DNA from: Megasphaera elsdenii DSM 20460
GTDB taxonomy: Bacteria; Bacillota; Negativicutes; Veillonellales; Megasphaeraceae
Direction of reading: 5' to 3'
DNA: 32,000 nucleotides
Assembly (NCBI RefSeq): GCF_003010495.1
Contig: NZ_CP027570.1
Location: forward strand, 2,070,001-2,102,000
Shown here: one piece after another, positions 24,592-32,000 of the stretch
Layout: every line of letters starts with the position of its first letter
How positions within the stretch are numbered: position 1 is the first letter of the stretch
Notes under the pieces: generated by a model
Databases searched by the model: none
What the model saw: the letters and a program-made list of their open reading frames with translations, nothing else
Told to the model about the DNA's origin: nothing
Made by a program: the position numbers and the translations under genes

Positions 24592-26385
24592 GTGAAACGG
24601 TTTTCCAGCGAATTTATCGAACAGGTCCGACAGGCCAATGACATTGTCAGCGTCATCTCCGATTACGTGTCGCTGAAACGGCAGGGCCGGAACTTTTGGG
24701 CCTGCTGCCCTTTCCATAATGAAAAGACCGCCTCCTTCAGCGTCGCTGCCGACAAAGGCTTTTTCTATTGTTTCGGCTGCCATGCTCATGGCGATGTCTT
24801 CCAATTCATTATGAAAAAAGAAAACCTTTCCTTTTCCGATGCCGTCGAACGACTGGCCGAACGGGCACACCTCGCCCTGCCTGTCGTCGAACGGTCGGCC
24901 GAAGAAATCGCCCGCGATAAACAGCGGGACCGCTTGTATCAGATCAACGAAATGGCAGGTAACTTTTTCCATAACTGCCTGACCCGGACCCATTACGGCC
25001 AGCCCGGGCTGGCTTATTTTCACAAACGCCACGTATCGGACGATACCATCGAAGCTTTCAAACTGGGCTTTGCCCCGGAAAGCTGGGATAAGCTGACGAC
25101 AGCCTTTATGAAAAAAGGCGTCACCGGCAGGGAATTAGTCCTCCTGGGGCTGGCCAAGGAAAAGAACGGCCACTTTTACGATGCCTTCCGCGGGCGGGTC
25201 ATGTTTCCCATCCGCGATGGCCGCAGCCGCATCGTCGGTTTCGGCGGCCGCGTCCTCGACGACAGCAAGCCGAAGTACCTCAATTCGCCGGAAACGCCGA
25301 TTTTCAATAAGCGACGCCTTCTCTTCGCCATGGACCTGGCCCATAAAGCGATTTATGAGCAGGGCAAGGCTATCCTGGTCGAAGGCTATATGGATGTCGT
25401 ATCCGCTCATAACCGGGGCATCCGTAATGTCGTCGCGTCCCTGGGGACGTCTTTTACGCCGGAACAGGCGCGGCTCTTGCAGCGCCAGGCCAAAGAACTC
25501 GTCCTGGGGTACGATATGGACGGCGCCGGCCGGCAGGCGACACGGCGGGCCATGGAAATCGTCCGCGGCCTGGGCATGCGCATCCGCGTCTTGTCCCTGC
25601 CGCAGGGGAAGGATCCTGATGAATACATCAACGCCGCCGGACCGGAAAAATTCCGCCAGGCTGTCGATGAAGCGCCGAATGTGCTCGATTACATGCTCAT
25701 GCGGGCGCTGCAGCAGTTCGATGTGACGACCCTCGAAGGGAAATCGGCCATTACGGCCATGGTCCTTCCCGTCGTCGCCGCCGTCGATAACCGGGTCCTC
25801 CTGGAAGCCTTCCTGAAGAAACTGGCAGGCCAGCTCCAAATCGGGGAAAACGCCGTGCGCAGCGAGTTCAATAAATACGTCGCTGCCCACCCGGAAGCGG
25901 GCCAGCAGCAGGTCGTTATCTCCCAGTCCGTATCCCAGGAAAATGCCGCAGCCCGCGGGAACGGCTCCATGGCCGTGGCTGAAGAGAATATCCTGCGTTT
26001 TCTCCTGGAAAAACCGGCTGCCTGCGGGCGGGTCCAGGCCAAAGTCTCGCCGGACCTCTTTGCCGATGGGCGGCGGCGCCATATTTACCAGCTCATTTTG
26101 GATACGTATGCACACCAAGGGATGTACACACCACATGACATCCAGCAAAAATTAACTCCTGAGGAGGCCGAAGAAGTAGCACGAATTATGGTTCTACAAG
26201 ATGTCCCAATGGACGAAAATGTACTGATGGATTATGTCAAGCGCTTTCGCCTGGCCGATTTACAAAAGCAGTACCTGGCGCACAGCCGCCTGGCTGCTAC
26301 TTATAGCCGGAATGGCGATGCAAGGTTGGCTGAAGAGCTTGCAGCCTGTAAAAAAATTAACGATGAAATGAAACAATGGTCTTGA
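24592..26385 (+). CDS. dnaG: DNA primase
   Basis: Zinc-ribbon CCPFHNEKTASFSV...CFGCHAHGD and TOPRIM motifs ILVEGYMDV and YDMDGAGRQAT. GTG start after RBS AGGTGA. Confidence 0.95.
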   Translation: MKRFSSEFIEQVRQANDIVSVISDYVSLKRQGRNFWACCPFHNEKTASFSVAADKGFFYCFGCHAHGDVFQFIMKKENLSFSDAVERLAERAHLALPVVERSAEEIARDKQRDRLYQINEMAGNFFHNCLTRTHYGQPGLAYFHKRHVSDDTIEAFKLGFAPESWDKLTTAFMKKGVTGRELVLLGLAKEKNGHFYDAFRGRVMFPIRDGRSRIVGFGGRVLDDSKPKYLNSPETPIFNKRRLLFAMDLAHKAIYEQGKAILVEGYMDVVSAHNRGIRNVVASLGTSFTPEQARLLQRQAKELVLGYDMDGAGRQATRRAMEIVRGLGMRIRVLSLPQGKDPDEYINAAGPEKFRQAVDEAPNVLDYMLMRALQQFDVTTLEGKSAITAMVLPVVAAVDNRVLLEAFLKKLAGQLQIGENAVRSEFNKYVAAHPEAGQQQVVISQSVSQENAAARGNGSMAVAEENILRFLLEKPAACGRVQAKVSPDLFADGRRRHIYQLILDTYAHQGMYTPHDIQQKLTPEEAEEVARIMVLQDVPMDENVLMDYVKRFRLADLQKQYLAHSRLAATYSRNGDARLAEELAACKKINDEMKQWS

Positions 26386-26409
26386 GGAGCAGAAAGGAGC
26401 CTGTACACC

Positions 26410-27660
26410 ATGGTGAATAAAACGACAGATGATACGAAAGTAACGAAAAAAACGACGAAGAAAACGACGCGCCGTAAGACGTCCAAGAAAAAGGATGCAG
26501 CCGTAAAGAAACCGTTGAGTGAAAAAGAACGCCAGGCCCTGGCCCTGCAGCACATCAAGCAGCTCTTGCAAATGGGGCAGAAGAAAGGCAGCCTGACCTA
26601 TACAGAAATCATGAACCTCATGGAAGAAGACGAACTGACGCCGGACCAGATCGATAAGATGTACGAAGTCTTTGCCGACAAGGGCATCGACATCATCGGC
26701 GAAGATGATTCCATGAATGAACACGATGATATAGATGATGAAGATGCAGAAAAAGTGCCGGATCTGCACAATGTCGACCTCAGCGTACCGGAAGGCATCA
26801 ATATCGATGACCCGGTCCGCATGTACCTGAAAGAAATCGGCCGCGTCCCCCTGCTGTCGGCGACAGAAGAAATTACCCTGGCCAAGGCCATTGAAAAGGG
26901 CAATGCTCCCGATGCGACAGAAGAAGACATCAAAGCCGGCACGATTGCCAAGAAGAAACTGACCGATGCCAACCTGCGCCTCGTCGTCAGCATCGCCAAA
27001 CGCTATGTCGGCCGGGGCATGTTGTTCCTGGACCTCATCCAGGAAGGGAACCTGGGCCTGTTGAAAGCCGTCGACAAGTTCGACTACAGCAAAGGCTATA
27101 AATTCAGTACCTATGCGACATGGTGGATCCGCCAGGCCATTACCCGCGCCATTGCCGACCAGGCCCGGACCATCCGCATCCCGGTCCATATGGTCGAAAC
27201 CATCAACAAGCTGATCCGCATTTCCCGTCAGCTCCTGCAGGATAAAGGCCGCGAACCGTTGCCGGAAGAAATCGCCGAAAAGATGGACATTCCCGTAGAA
27301 CGTGTCCGGGAAATCATGAAGATTGCCCAGGAACCGGTATCCCTGGAAACGCCGATCGGCGAAGAAGAAGATTCCCACCTCGGCGACTTCATCGAAGACT
27401 CGGAAGCCGTCGCCCCTGACGACGCTGCCTCCTTCATCTTGCTGAAAGAACAGATCGAAGACGTCTTTTCCTGTCTGACTGACCGGGAACGCAAGGTCCT
27501 CTACCTGCGCTTCGGCCTCAAAGACGGCCGTCCGCGTACTTTGGAAGAAGTCGGCCAGCACTTCAACGTCACCCGTGAACGTATCCGCCAGATCGAAGGC
27601 AAAGCCCTGAGCAAACTCCGAAACTGGGGCAAACGGGAAAAAATCAAAGATTTCCTTTAA
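26410..27660 (+). CDS. rpoD: RNA polymerase primary sigma factor (sigma-70/SigA)
   Basis: Region 2 ([60 protein letters not shown]), plus regions 3 and 4.2 ([24 protein letters not shown]). An acidic, lysine-rich N-terminal extension is present. Confidence 0.96.
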   Translation: MVNKTTDDTKVTKKTTKKTTRRKTSKKKDAAVKKPLSEKERQALALQHIKQLLQMGQKKGSLTYTEIMNLMEEDELTPDQIDKMYEVFADKGIDIIGEDDSMNEHDDIDDEDAEKVPDLHNVDLSVPEGINIDDPVRMYLKEIGRVPLLSATEEITLAKAIEKGNAPDATEEDIKAGTIAKKKLTDANLRLVVSIAKRYVGRGMLFLDLIQEGNLGLLKAVDKFDYSKGYKFSTYATWWIRQAITRAIADQARTIRIPVHMVETINKLIRISRQLLQDKGREPLPEEIAEKMDIPVERVREIMKIAQEPVSLETPIGEEEDSHLGDFIEDSEAVAPDDAASFILLKEQIEDVFSCLTDRERKVLYLRFGLKDGRPRTLEEVGQHFNVTRERIRQIEGKALSKLRNWGKREKIKDFL

Positions 27661-27674
27661 GCCGAAATCCATCC

Positions 27675-27703
27675 TTGACGTCATATGTCAATTAGCGTAT
27701 AAT
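27675..27703 (+). promoter_or_regulatory. sigma-70-type promoter for the tRNA gene
   Basis: TTGACG (27675-27680), 17 nt, TATAAT (27698-27703), 30 nt upstream of the tRNA 5' end. Confidence 0.55.
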
Positions 27704-27733
27704 GATTTGGTAAGGCCTTGTGCCTTATCCTTT

Positions 27734-27808
27734 GGGCCTATAGCTCAGTGGTAGAGCCACCGGCTCATAACCGGTTGGTCCTTGGTTCGAACCCAAGTGG
27801 GCCCACCA
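27734..27808 (+). tRNA. tRNA with anticodon CAT (elongator Met or lysidine-modified Ile2; not initiator)
   Basis: GGGCCTATAGCTCAGTGGTAGAGCCACCGGCTCATAACCGGTTGGTCCTTGGTTCGAACCCAAGTGGGCCCACCA forms a cloverleaf: acceptor GGGCCTA/TGGGCCC, anticodon loop CTCATAA, T-arm GGTTCGAACC, and an encoded CCA. The paired 1-72 position argues against fMet. The TTGGTC variable region resembles Ile2(CAU) tRNAs, but identity cannot be settled by eye. Confidence 0.9.
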
Positions 27809-27814
27809 TCAATG

Positions 27815-27864
27815 AAAAAGAGACCGTACATGATAAAAATCTTCATGTGCGGTCTTTTTGTTTT
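27815..27864 (+). terminator. tRNA terminator (= CATGA...CCTTCRTG hairpin module, copy D)
   Basis: AAAAAG-AGACCGTACATGA-TAAAAATC-TTCATGTGCGGTCT-TTTTGTTTT. The stem contains one G-U position. Confidence 0.65.
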
Positions 27865-28015
27865 GCCTCTCTTTATAGGAGAGGTGCCCCAGCAGGGCGG
27901 AGAGGTTGAACTATGATTGGGCATGTCAAAGAAATCTTCTACCTTTTGTATTTATGTCTACGCAAAATTGCTATTAGAAGATACTGATGAAACTGCTTAT
28001 ATTTCGCCCAATTTG

Positions 28016-28037
28016 ACAACTAACTGCTAGCCACTAA
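28016..28037 (-). repeat. 22-nt exact inverted copy of part of the 21901-21935 heptad array
   Basis: The reverse complement of 28016-28037 is TTAGTGGCTAGCAGTTAGTTGT, identical to 21902-21923. Confidence 0.85.
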
Positions 28038-28092
28038 TGGCTTGAAAGGGATTGTTGCGCGTGTGACCATCCCTTTTTTTATTAAGATTGTG

Positions 28093-28122
28093 TTGCCACG
28101 AGACGCCTTGAGGTTATATAAT
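28093..28122 (+). promoter_or_regulatory. Candidate promoter of the RACo-like/metH operon
   Basis: TTGCCA (28093-28098), 18 nt, TATAAT (28117-28122), about 36 nt upstream of ATG 28159. Confidence 0.4.
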
Positions 28123-28158
28123 TTATGTATTATGGATAATCTTTTTAGGAGGAAGTAT

Positions 28159-30285
28159 ATGGCAGATATTCGTATCATCCGGGGGCAGCGGATTGTTCCC
28201 GATATAGAGCAGGCCTTGCGCTTTGCCGGCTATGGCTCGAAAGGGGAGGCCTGGGAACGGGCTGAAGGGATGTGCCGGGATATGGCACCGCTCCTGCGGC
28301 GGTCTTTGCAGGCCAAGGCGGCTCTGGCTTTTGCCGGGGAACGGCTCTATGTCATCCTGACGTTAGGCGCGGCTGTGAGTCGTCAGCTGGACCGCTATCG
28401 CGATGACGGCGACGACGTAGGGGCTCTGCTGTTCGATGCCATGGCGGATACGTGTCTGTTTGCTTTGGAACAGCAGGTTCTCCAGCAGCTCCGACTCATT
28501 TGCCGGCAAAAGGGCTGCGGCATCGTCTGCCGGCACGAGCCGGGAAGCGACCTGCCTTTATCGGTCCAGGCCGATGTCATCCGTGAGACTTCTGCCGGCC
28601 GGACGGTCGGCGTGACGGTCAATGCCTCGATGGCTTTGTCGCCGGTGAAGTCCATGAGCCTGGTCTTTGACTTAGGCGACGACCCGGCTGTGTTCCAAGT
28701 GAATCACGATTGTACATCCTGCCCGAAGACGGATTGCACCCAGCGCCAGGCTGGAACGTCTCAGGAAGTGCATATTACCTGCCCCGGAGGCTGCCGGGTC
28801 CATGACTATATCCAGGCTCAGGGAACGGCTCTGGCCCTGCCTTGCGGCGGTAAGGGCATGTGCGGCAAGTGCCGCGTCCGCGTCGTCCAGGGGACATTGC
28901 CGGTCACGCCCGAAGACCGGCGCATCTTTTCTGATGAACAACTGGCCCAGGGCTGGCGCCTGGCCTGTAAGGCCGTGACCTGCGATGCCGTAGAGCTCGT
29001 CGTCCCGGTCCAGGAGCAGCAGGGCTTTTCGGCCGTCGCAGCCGACTCGACGGACCCGGCTGCTGTGGTAACGGAAGGTCATGACTACGGGCTGGCTGTC
29101 GATATCGGGACGACGACGTTAGCCGCAGCCCTCGTCGACTGCACCGATGGCCAGATCCTGGCGACGGCGACGGCCGTCAACAGCCAGCGTTCCTTTGGGG
29201 CCGACGTCATCAGTCGTATCGGCGCTGCCTGCCATGGCAAGGGAAAGGCCTTGCAGAAAGCCGTCCGTCGCGATTTGACGCGCCTTGTGCAACAACTCTT
29301 CCAGGACCATCCCGGCGTTGCCGGCCATTGTCACCGCATGGCTATCGCGGCCAACACGACGATGCTCCATCTGCTCATGGGCTGGTCTTGTGAGGGCTTG
29401 GGGAACTGGCCCTTCCATCCCGTCTCGCTAGGTGGCGGGACCTATGAAGTACAGGCCGTTCTGGGACGGCAGGGCGTACTTACGGACTGCACGGTGACTT
29501 TGCTGCCTGGCATGAGTACCTACGTCGGTGCCGATATTACGGCCGGCATCTGGCAGTGCGGCGTCGCTTCGTCGGACGACCTCAGCTTGTTCGTCGATTT
29601 GGGGACCAATGGGGAGATGGCCCTGGGGAACAAAGAGAAACGCTTCATCGCTTCGGCACCGGCCGGGCCGGCCCTGGAAGGGGGCAAGCTGACCTGGGGA
29701 ACAGGCAGTGTGCCCGGGGCCATCTGCGGGGTCCGCATCGAGCGGGGCCGGGCCAAGGTGCGGACCATCGACCATGGGGTCCCTGTCGGCATCTGCGGGA
29801 CGGGCATCCTGGAAGCCATGGCCAGCCTCGTCCGGGAAGGCCTGGTCGACGAAACGGGGAAACTCGTCGAACCTTATTTCCATAAAGGCTTCCCGCTGGC
29901 ATCGACGCTGGATTATCAGCGCATCATCCTGAGCCAGCAGGATATCCGGGAAATCCAGATGGCCAAGAGCGCCATCCGGGCCGGTATCGAATCGCTCATC
30001 GAACGGAGCGGCCTTTCCCGCCAGCATATCCGGCAGGTCTGGCTGGCCGGCGGCTTCGGCTATTATCTGGATCCGCAGAAAGCGGCTGTCATCGGCCTGC
30101 TGCCGCCGGATTTGGCTGAACGGACGACGGCCGTGGGCAATACGTCCCTGAAAGGGGCCATCGGCCTTTTGACAGGCACCGTGACTTTAGACACGTTACA
30201 GGCCATCGCCGACGGGGCGGAAGAAATCGTCCTCGGCAACGATGAAGCCTTTCAGCGTTTATATATCGACTATCTGAATTTTTAG
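28159..30285 (+). CDS. Fusion protein: MetH-activation-domain-like N-terminus + plant-type 2Fe-2S ferredoxin + RACo-like ASKHA ATPase (DUF4445-type corrinoid reductive activase)
   Basis: ATG 28159 follows RBS AGGAGG; the track's TTG 28042 is an extension. The N-terminal roughly 220 aa resembles stand-alone B12-methionine-synthase activation domains (...EPGSDLPLSVQADVIRETSAGRTVGVTVNASMALSPVKSMSLVFDLG... then CTSCPKTDCTQR). The ferredoxin motif is CGGKGMCGKCRV...LACKA. ASKHA phosphate motifs are AVDIGTTTLAAALVD and DLGTNGEMALG, and a later ICGTGILEA segment is also RACo-like. Confidence 0.85.
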   Translation: MADIRIIRGQRIVPDIEQALRFAGYGSKGEAWERAEGMCRDMAPLLRRSLQAKAALAFAGERLYVILTLGAAVSRQLDRYRDDGDDVGALLFDAMADTCLFALEQQVLQQLRLICRQKGCGIVCRHEPGSDLPLSVQADVIRETSAGRTVGVTVNASMALSPVKSMSLVFDLGDDPAVFQVNHDCTSCPKTDCTQRQAGTSQEVHITCPGGCRVHDYIQAQGTALALPCGGKGMCGKCRVRVVQGTLPVTPEDRRIFSDEQLAQGWRLACKAVTCDAVELVVPVQEQQGFSAVAADSTDPAAVVTEGHDYGLAVDIGTTTLAAALVDCTDGQILATATAVNSQRSFGADVISRIGAACHGKGKALQKAVRRDLTRLVQQLFQDHPGVAGHCHRMAIAANTTMLHLLMGWSCEGLGNWPFHPVSLGGGTYEVQAVLGRQGVLTDCTVTLLPGMSTYVGADITAGIWQCGVASSDDLSLFVDLGTNGEMALGNKEKRFIASAPAGPALEGGKLTWGTGSVPGAICGVRIERGRAKVRTIDHGVPVGICGTGILEAMASLVREGLVDETGKLVEPYFHKGFPLASTLDYQRIILSQQDIREIQMAKSAIRAGIESLIERSGLSRQHIRQVWLAGGFGYYLDPQKAAVIGLLPPDLAERTTAVGNTSLKGAIGLLTGTVTLDTLQAIADGAEEIVLGNDEAFQRLYIDYLNF

Positions 30286-30297
30286 GGGGAACTTAGA

Positions 30298-32000
30298 TTG
30301 ACTAACGAAGAATTCCAGCACTTGCTCAGCCGCGGCGTCGTCATGCTCGACGGTGCGACCGGGACGAATCTGCAACAGGCGGGCATGCCTATCGGCGTCT
30401 GCCCGGAAAAATGGATCTTGGAGAACCGCCAGGTCATGATCGACTTGCAGCGCCACTTCGTCGAAGCGGGCAGCCAAATCTTGTATGCACCGACCTTTAC
30501 GGGGAACCGCATCAAACTGGCCGAATACGGTCTGGACGACCAGCTGGCCGCCATCAACCAGGGCTTGGTCGCCATTTCCAAGGAAGCCGCCCAGGGGAAG
30601 GCCCTGGTCGCCGGCGATATGACCATGACGGGCCAGCAGCTCTATCCCATGGGCGACTTGACCTTTGAGGAACTGGTCGATGTTTATCGCCAACAGGCAA
30701 AGGTCTTGTATGATGCCGGCGTCGACCTGTTCATTGTCGAAACCATGATGAGCCTCCAGGAAACGCGAGCCTGCGTCCTGGCCATCAAAGAAGTCTGCGA
30801 CCTGCCCATCATGGCGACGCTGACTTTTGAAAAAGACGGCCGTACCCTCTATGGGACGCCGCCGGAAGCGGCTGTCGTCGTCCTGCAGCATCTCGGCGTC
30901 GCCGCTGTCGGCCTGAACTGCTCGACCGGGCCGGCCGATATGGTGGAAACGGTCCAGAAGATGTATGAATATGCAACGGTTCCCCTCATTGCCAAGCCCA
31001 ATGCGGGCCTGCCGGAATGGGATGGCGACAAGACGGTCTACAAGACGACGCCGGAAGAATTTGCTCAGGACGGTAAACTGCTCATCGAAGCCGGTGCCCA
31101 TATCGTCGGCGGCTGCTGCGGGACGACGCCGGACCATATCCGGGCCCTCCACGATGCGGTCTGCCAGATGACGCCGAAAGCGCCTCATGCCAGCCATCAC
31201 CGCGTCCTGGCTTCGGAACGGCAGGTCGTGGAAATCCAGCTCGACGGCTCTTTCCAGGTCATTGGTGAACGCATCAACCCGACGGGCAAGAAGAAGCTCC
31301 AGGCTGAACTGCGGGCGGGAAAGCTAGACCTGGTACGCGCCATGGCCCGCGAACAGGAACGCAACGGCGCGGCCATCCTCGATGTCAACATGGGGACCAA
31401 CGGCATTGATGAAAAGGAAATGATGCTCAAAGCCATTTACGAAGTGACGGGCGTATCGGGCCTGCCCCTCAGCATCGATACGAGTTCGCCGGAAATCATG
31501 GAAGCGGCCCTGCGCATCTATCCCGGCCGGGCCTTGGTCAATTCCATTTCCTGTGAAACGGAAAAGCGCAAACAGCTCCTGCCGGTCGTCAAGAAGTACG
31601 GCGCCATGTTCATTGCCCTGCCCGTATCCGACGCCGGTATCCCTAAGACGCTGGAAGAAAAGCACGCCGTCCTCGACGAACTCCTGACCGATGCCTATGA
31701 CCATGGCTTTACGCCGGAAGACGTCGTCGTCGATGCCCTGGTGGCTACGGTCGGGGCGGCACCGACGTCGGCCCTGGACTGCATGGCGACTTTCTCGCAC
31801 TGCAAACGCGACCTGGGCCTGGCGACGGTCTGCGGGTTGTCCAATATCTCCTTCGGCCTGCCCGACCGGATGTATGTCAATGCCACCTTCTTGGGCATGG
31901 CCATCGCCAGCGGCCTGACCATGGCTATTGCCAATCCGTCCCAGGACCTGCTCATGAATACGGCAGCGGCTGCCAACATGCTCATGAATAAGGAAGGCAG
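30298..32000 (+). CDS. metH: Cobalamin-dependent methionine synthase core (homocysteine S-methyltransferase + pterin-binding domains; 3' end beyond window)
   Basis: Not in the ORF track because there is no in-window stop. Frame 1 is open from TTG 30298 (7 nt after AGGGGGA) to the window end. My translation gives MTNEEFQHLLSRGVVMLDGATGTNLQQAGMP..., the Zn-site motifs GLNCSTGP and VGGCCGTTPDHIRAL, then the pterin-domain start [16 protein letters not shown]...ILDVNMG...SIDTS...NSIS. Confidence 0.9.
   Translation, partial: MTNEEFQHLLSRGVVMLDGATGTNLQQAGMPIGVCPEKWILENRQVMIDLQRHFVEAGSQILYAPTFTGNRIKLAEYGLDDQLAAINQGLVAISKEAAQGKALVAGDMTMTGQQLYPMGDLTFEELVDVYRQQAKVLYDAGVDLFIVETMMSLQETRACVLAIKEVCDLPIMATLTFEKDGRTLYGTPPEAAVVVLQHLGVAAVGLNCSTGPADMVETVQKMYEYATVPLIAKPNAGLPEWDGDKTVYKTTPEEFAQDGKLLIEAGAHIVGGCCGTTPDHIRALHDAVCQMTPKAPHASHHRVLASERQVVEIQLDGSFQVIGERINPTGKKKLQAELRAGKLDLVRAMAREQERNGAAILDVNMGTNGIDEKEMMLKAIYEVTGVSGLPLSIDTSSPEIMEAALRIYPGRALVNSISCETEKRKQLLPVVKKYGAMFIALPVSDAGIPKTLEEKHAVLDELLTDAYDHGFTPEDVVVDALVATVGAAPTSALDCMATFSHCKRDLGLATVCGLSNISFGLPDRMYVNATFLGMAIASGLTMAIANPSQDLLMNTAAAANMLMNKEG

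Noticed and set aside
26260-27684. Very long ORFs antisense to confidently identified genes. Examples: 474 aa opposite rpoD; 1103-1903 opposite the ABC ATPase; 7258-8202 opposite hemC; 16176-17327 opposite pyrD; 19060-19956 opposite the aminopeptidase; 22358-23359 opposite fba; 25135-26148 opposite dnaG; 30259-31200 opposite metH; 12249-13046 opposite gnd.
   Set aside because: Each lies fully inside a gene with unmistakable family motifs on the other strand. Their products are low-complexity (rich in D, R, G, F and A), with no recognisable motifs and no RBS. GC-rich third positions in the true frame remove stop codons from the antisense frame, so such ORFs are expected by chance.
27734-27808. 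The tRNA-CAT as an initiator tRNA-fMet.
   Set aside because: Positions 1 and 72 are paired (G1-C72), not the C1xA72 mismatch of bacterial initiators. The anticodon stem (ACCGG/CCGGT) lacks the three consecutive G-C pairs next to the loop.

Overview
This is a GC-rich chromosomal window made almost entirely of housekeeping operons. Gene content and the cobA/hemD fusion suggest a Firmicutes-like anaerobe, possibly a Negativicute; that is inference only. The genes, in window order, are:
- the 3' end of an unidentified gene
- an amino-acid ABC permease/ATPase pair (+)
- a tightly coupled six-gene tetrapyrrole operon on the minus strand, sirC-hemC-cobA/hemD-hemB-hemA-hemL
- a flavodoxin-family gene (-)
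- a gluconate operon, gntK-gnd-gntP-rpiR (+)
- pyrK-pyrD (+)
- metN-metI (-), behind a clear SAM-I riboswitch
- a MATE exporter with an M29 aminopeptidase (-)
- rpsT, fba and an RluA-family pseudouridine synthase (-)
- dnaG-rpoD (+)
- a tRNA with anticodon CAT (+)
- an operon encoding a three-part fusion (MetH-activation-like domain, 2Fe-2S ferredoxin, RACo-like ASKHA ATPase), followed by a 3'-truncated cobalamin-dependent methionine synthase core. The ORF track misses this last gene because it has no in-window stop.

I found no mobile element, CRISPR array, defence island or novel protein-coding system. The unexplained signal is non-coding. Nearly every long intergenic spacer is filled with a modular repeat family made of three parts:
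- (a) arrays of 4-5 tandem heptamers phased as GTNNNNN, usually in inverted pairs
- (b) a GTAGGGGCCGTCCC-N3-4-GGGCGGCC hairpin
- (c) a hairpin with covarying outer stems around a conserved CATGAYG...CCTTCRTG core

Other notable points are a perfect 104-bp tandem duplication at the rpiR/pyrK junction and two terminators that share the same 12-bp stem. The many long antisense ORFs in the track look like GC3 codon-bias artefacts.
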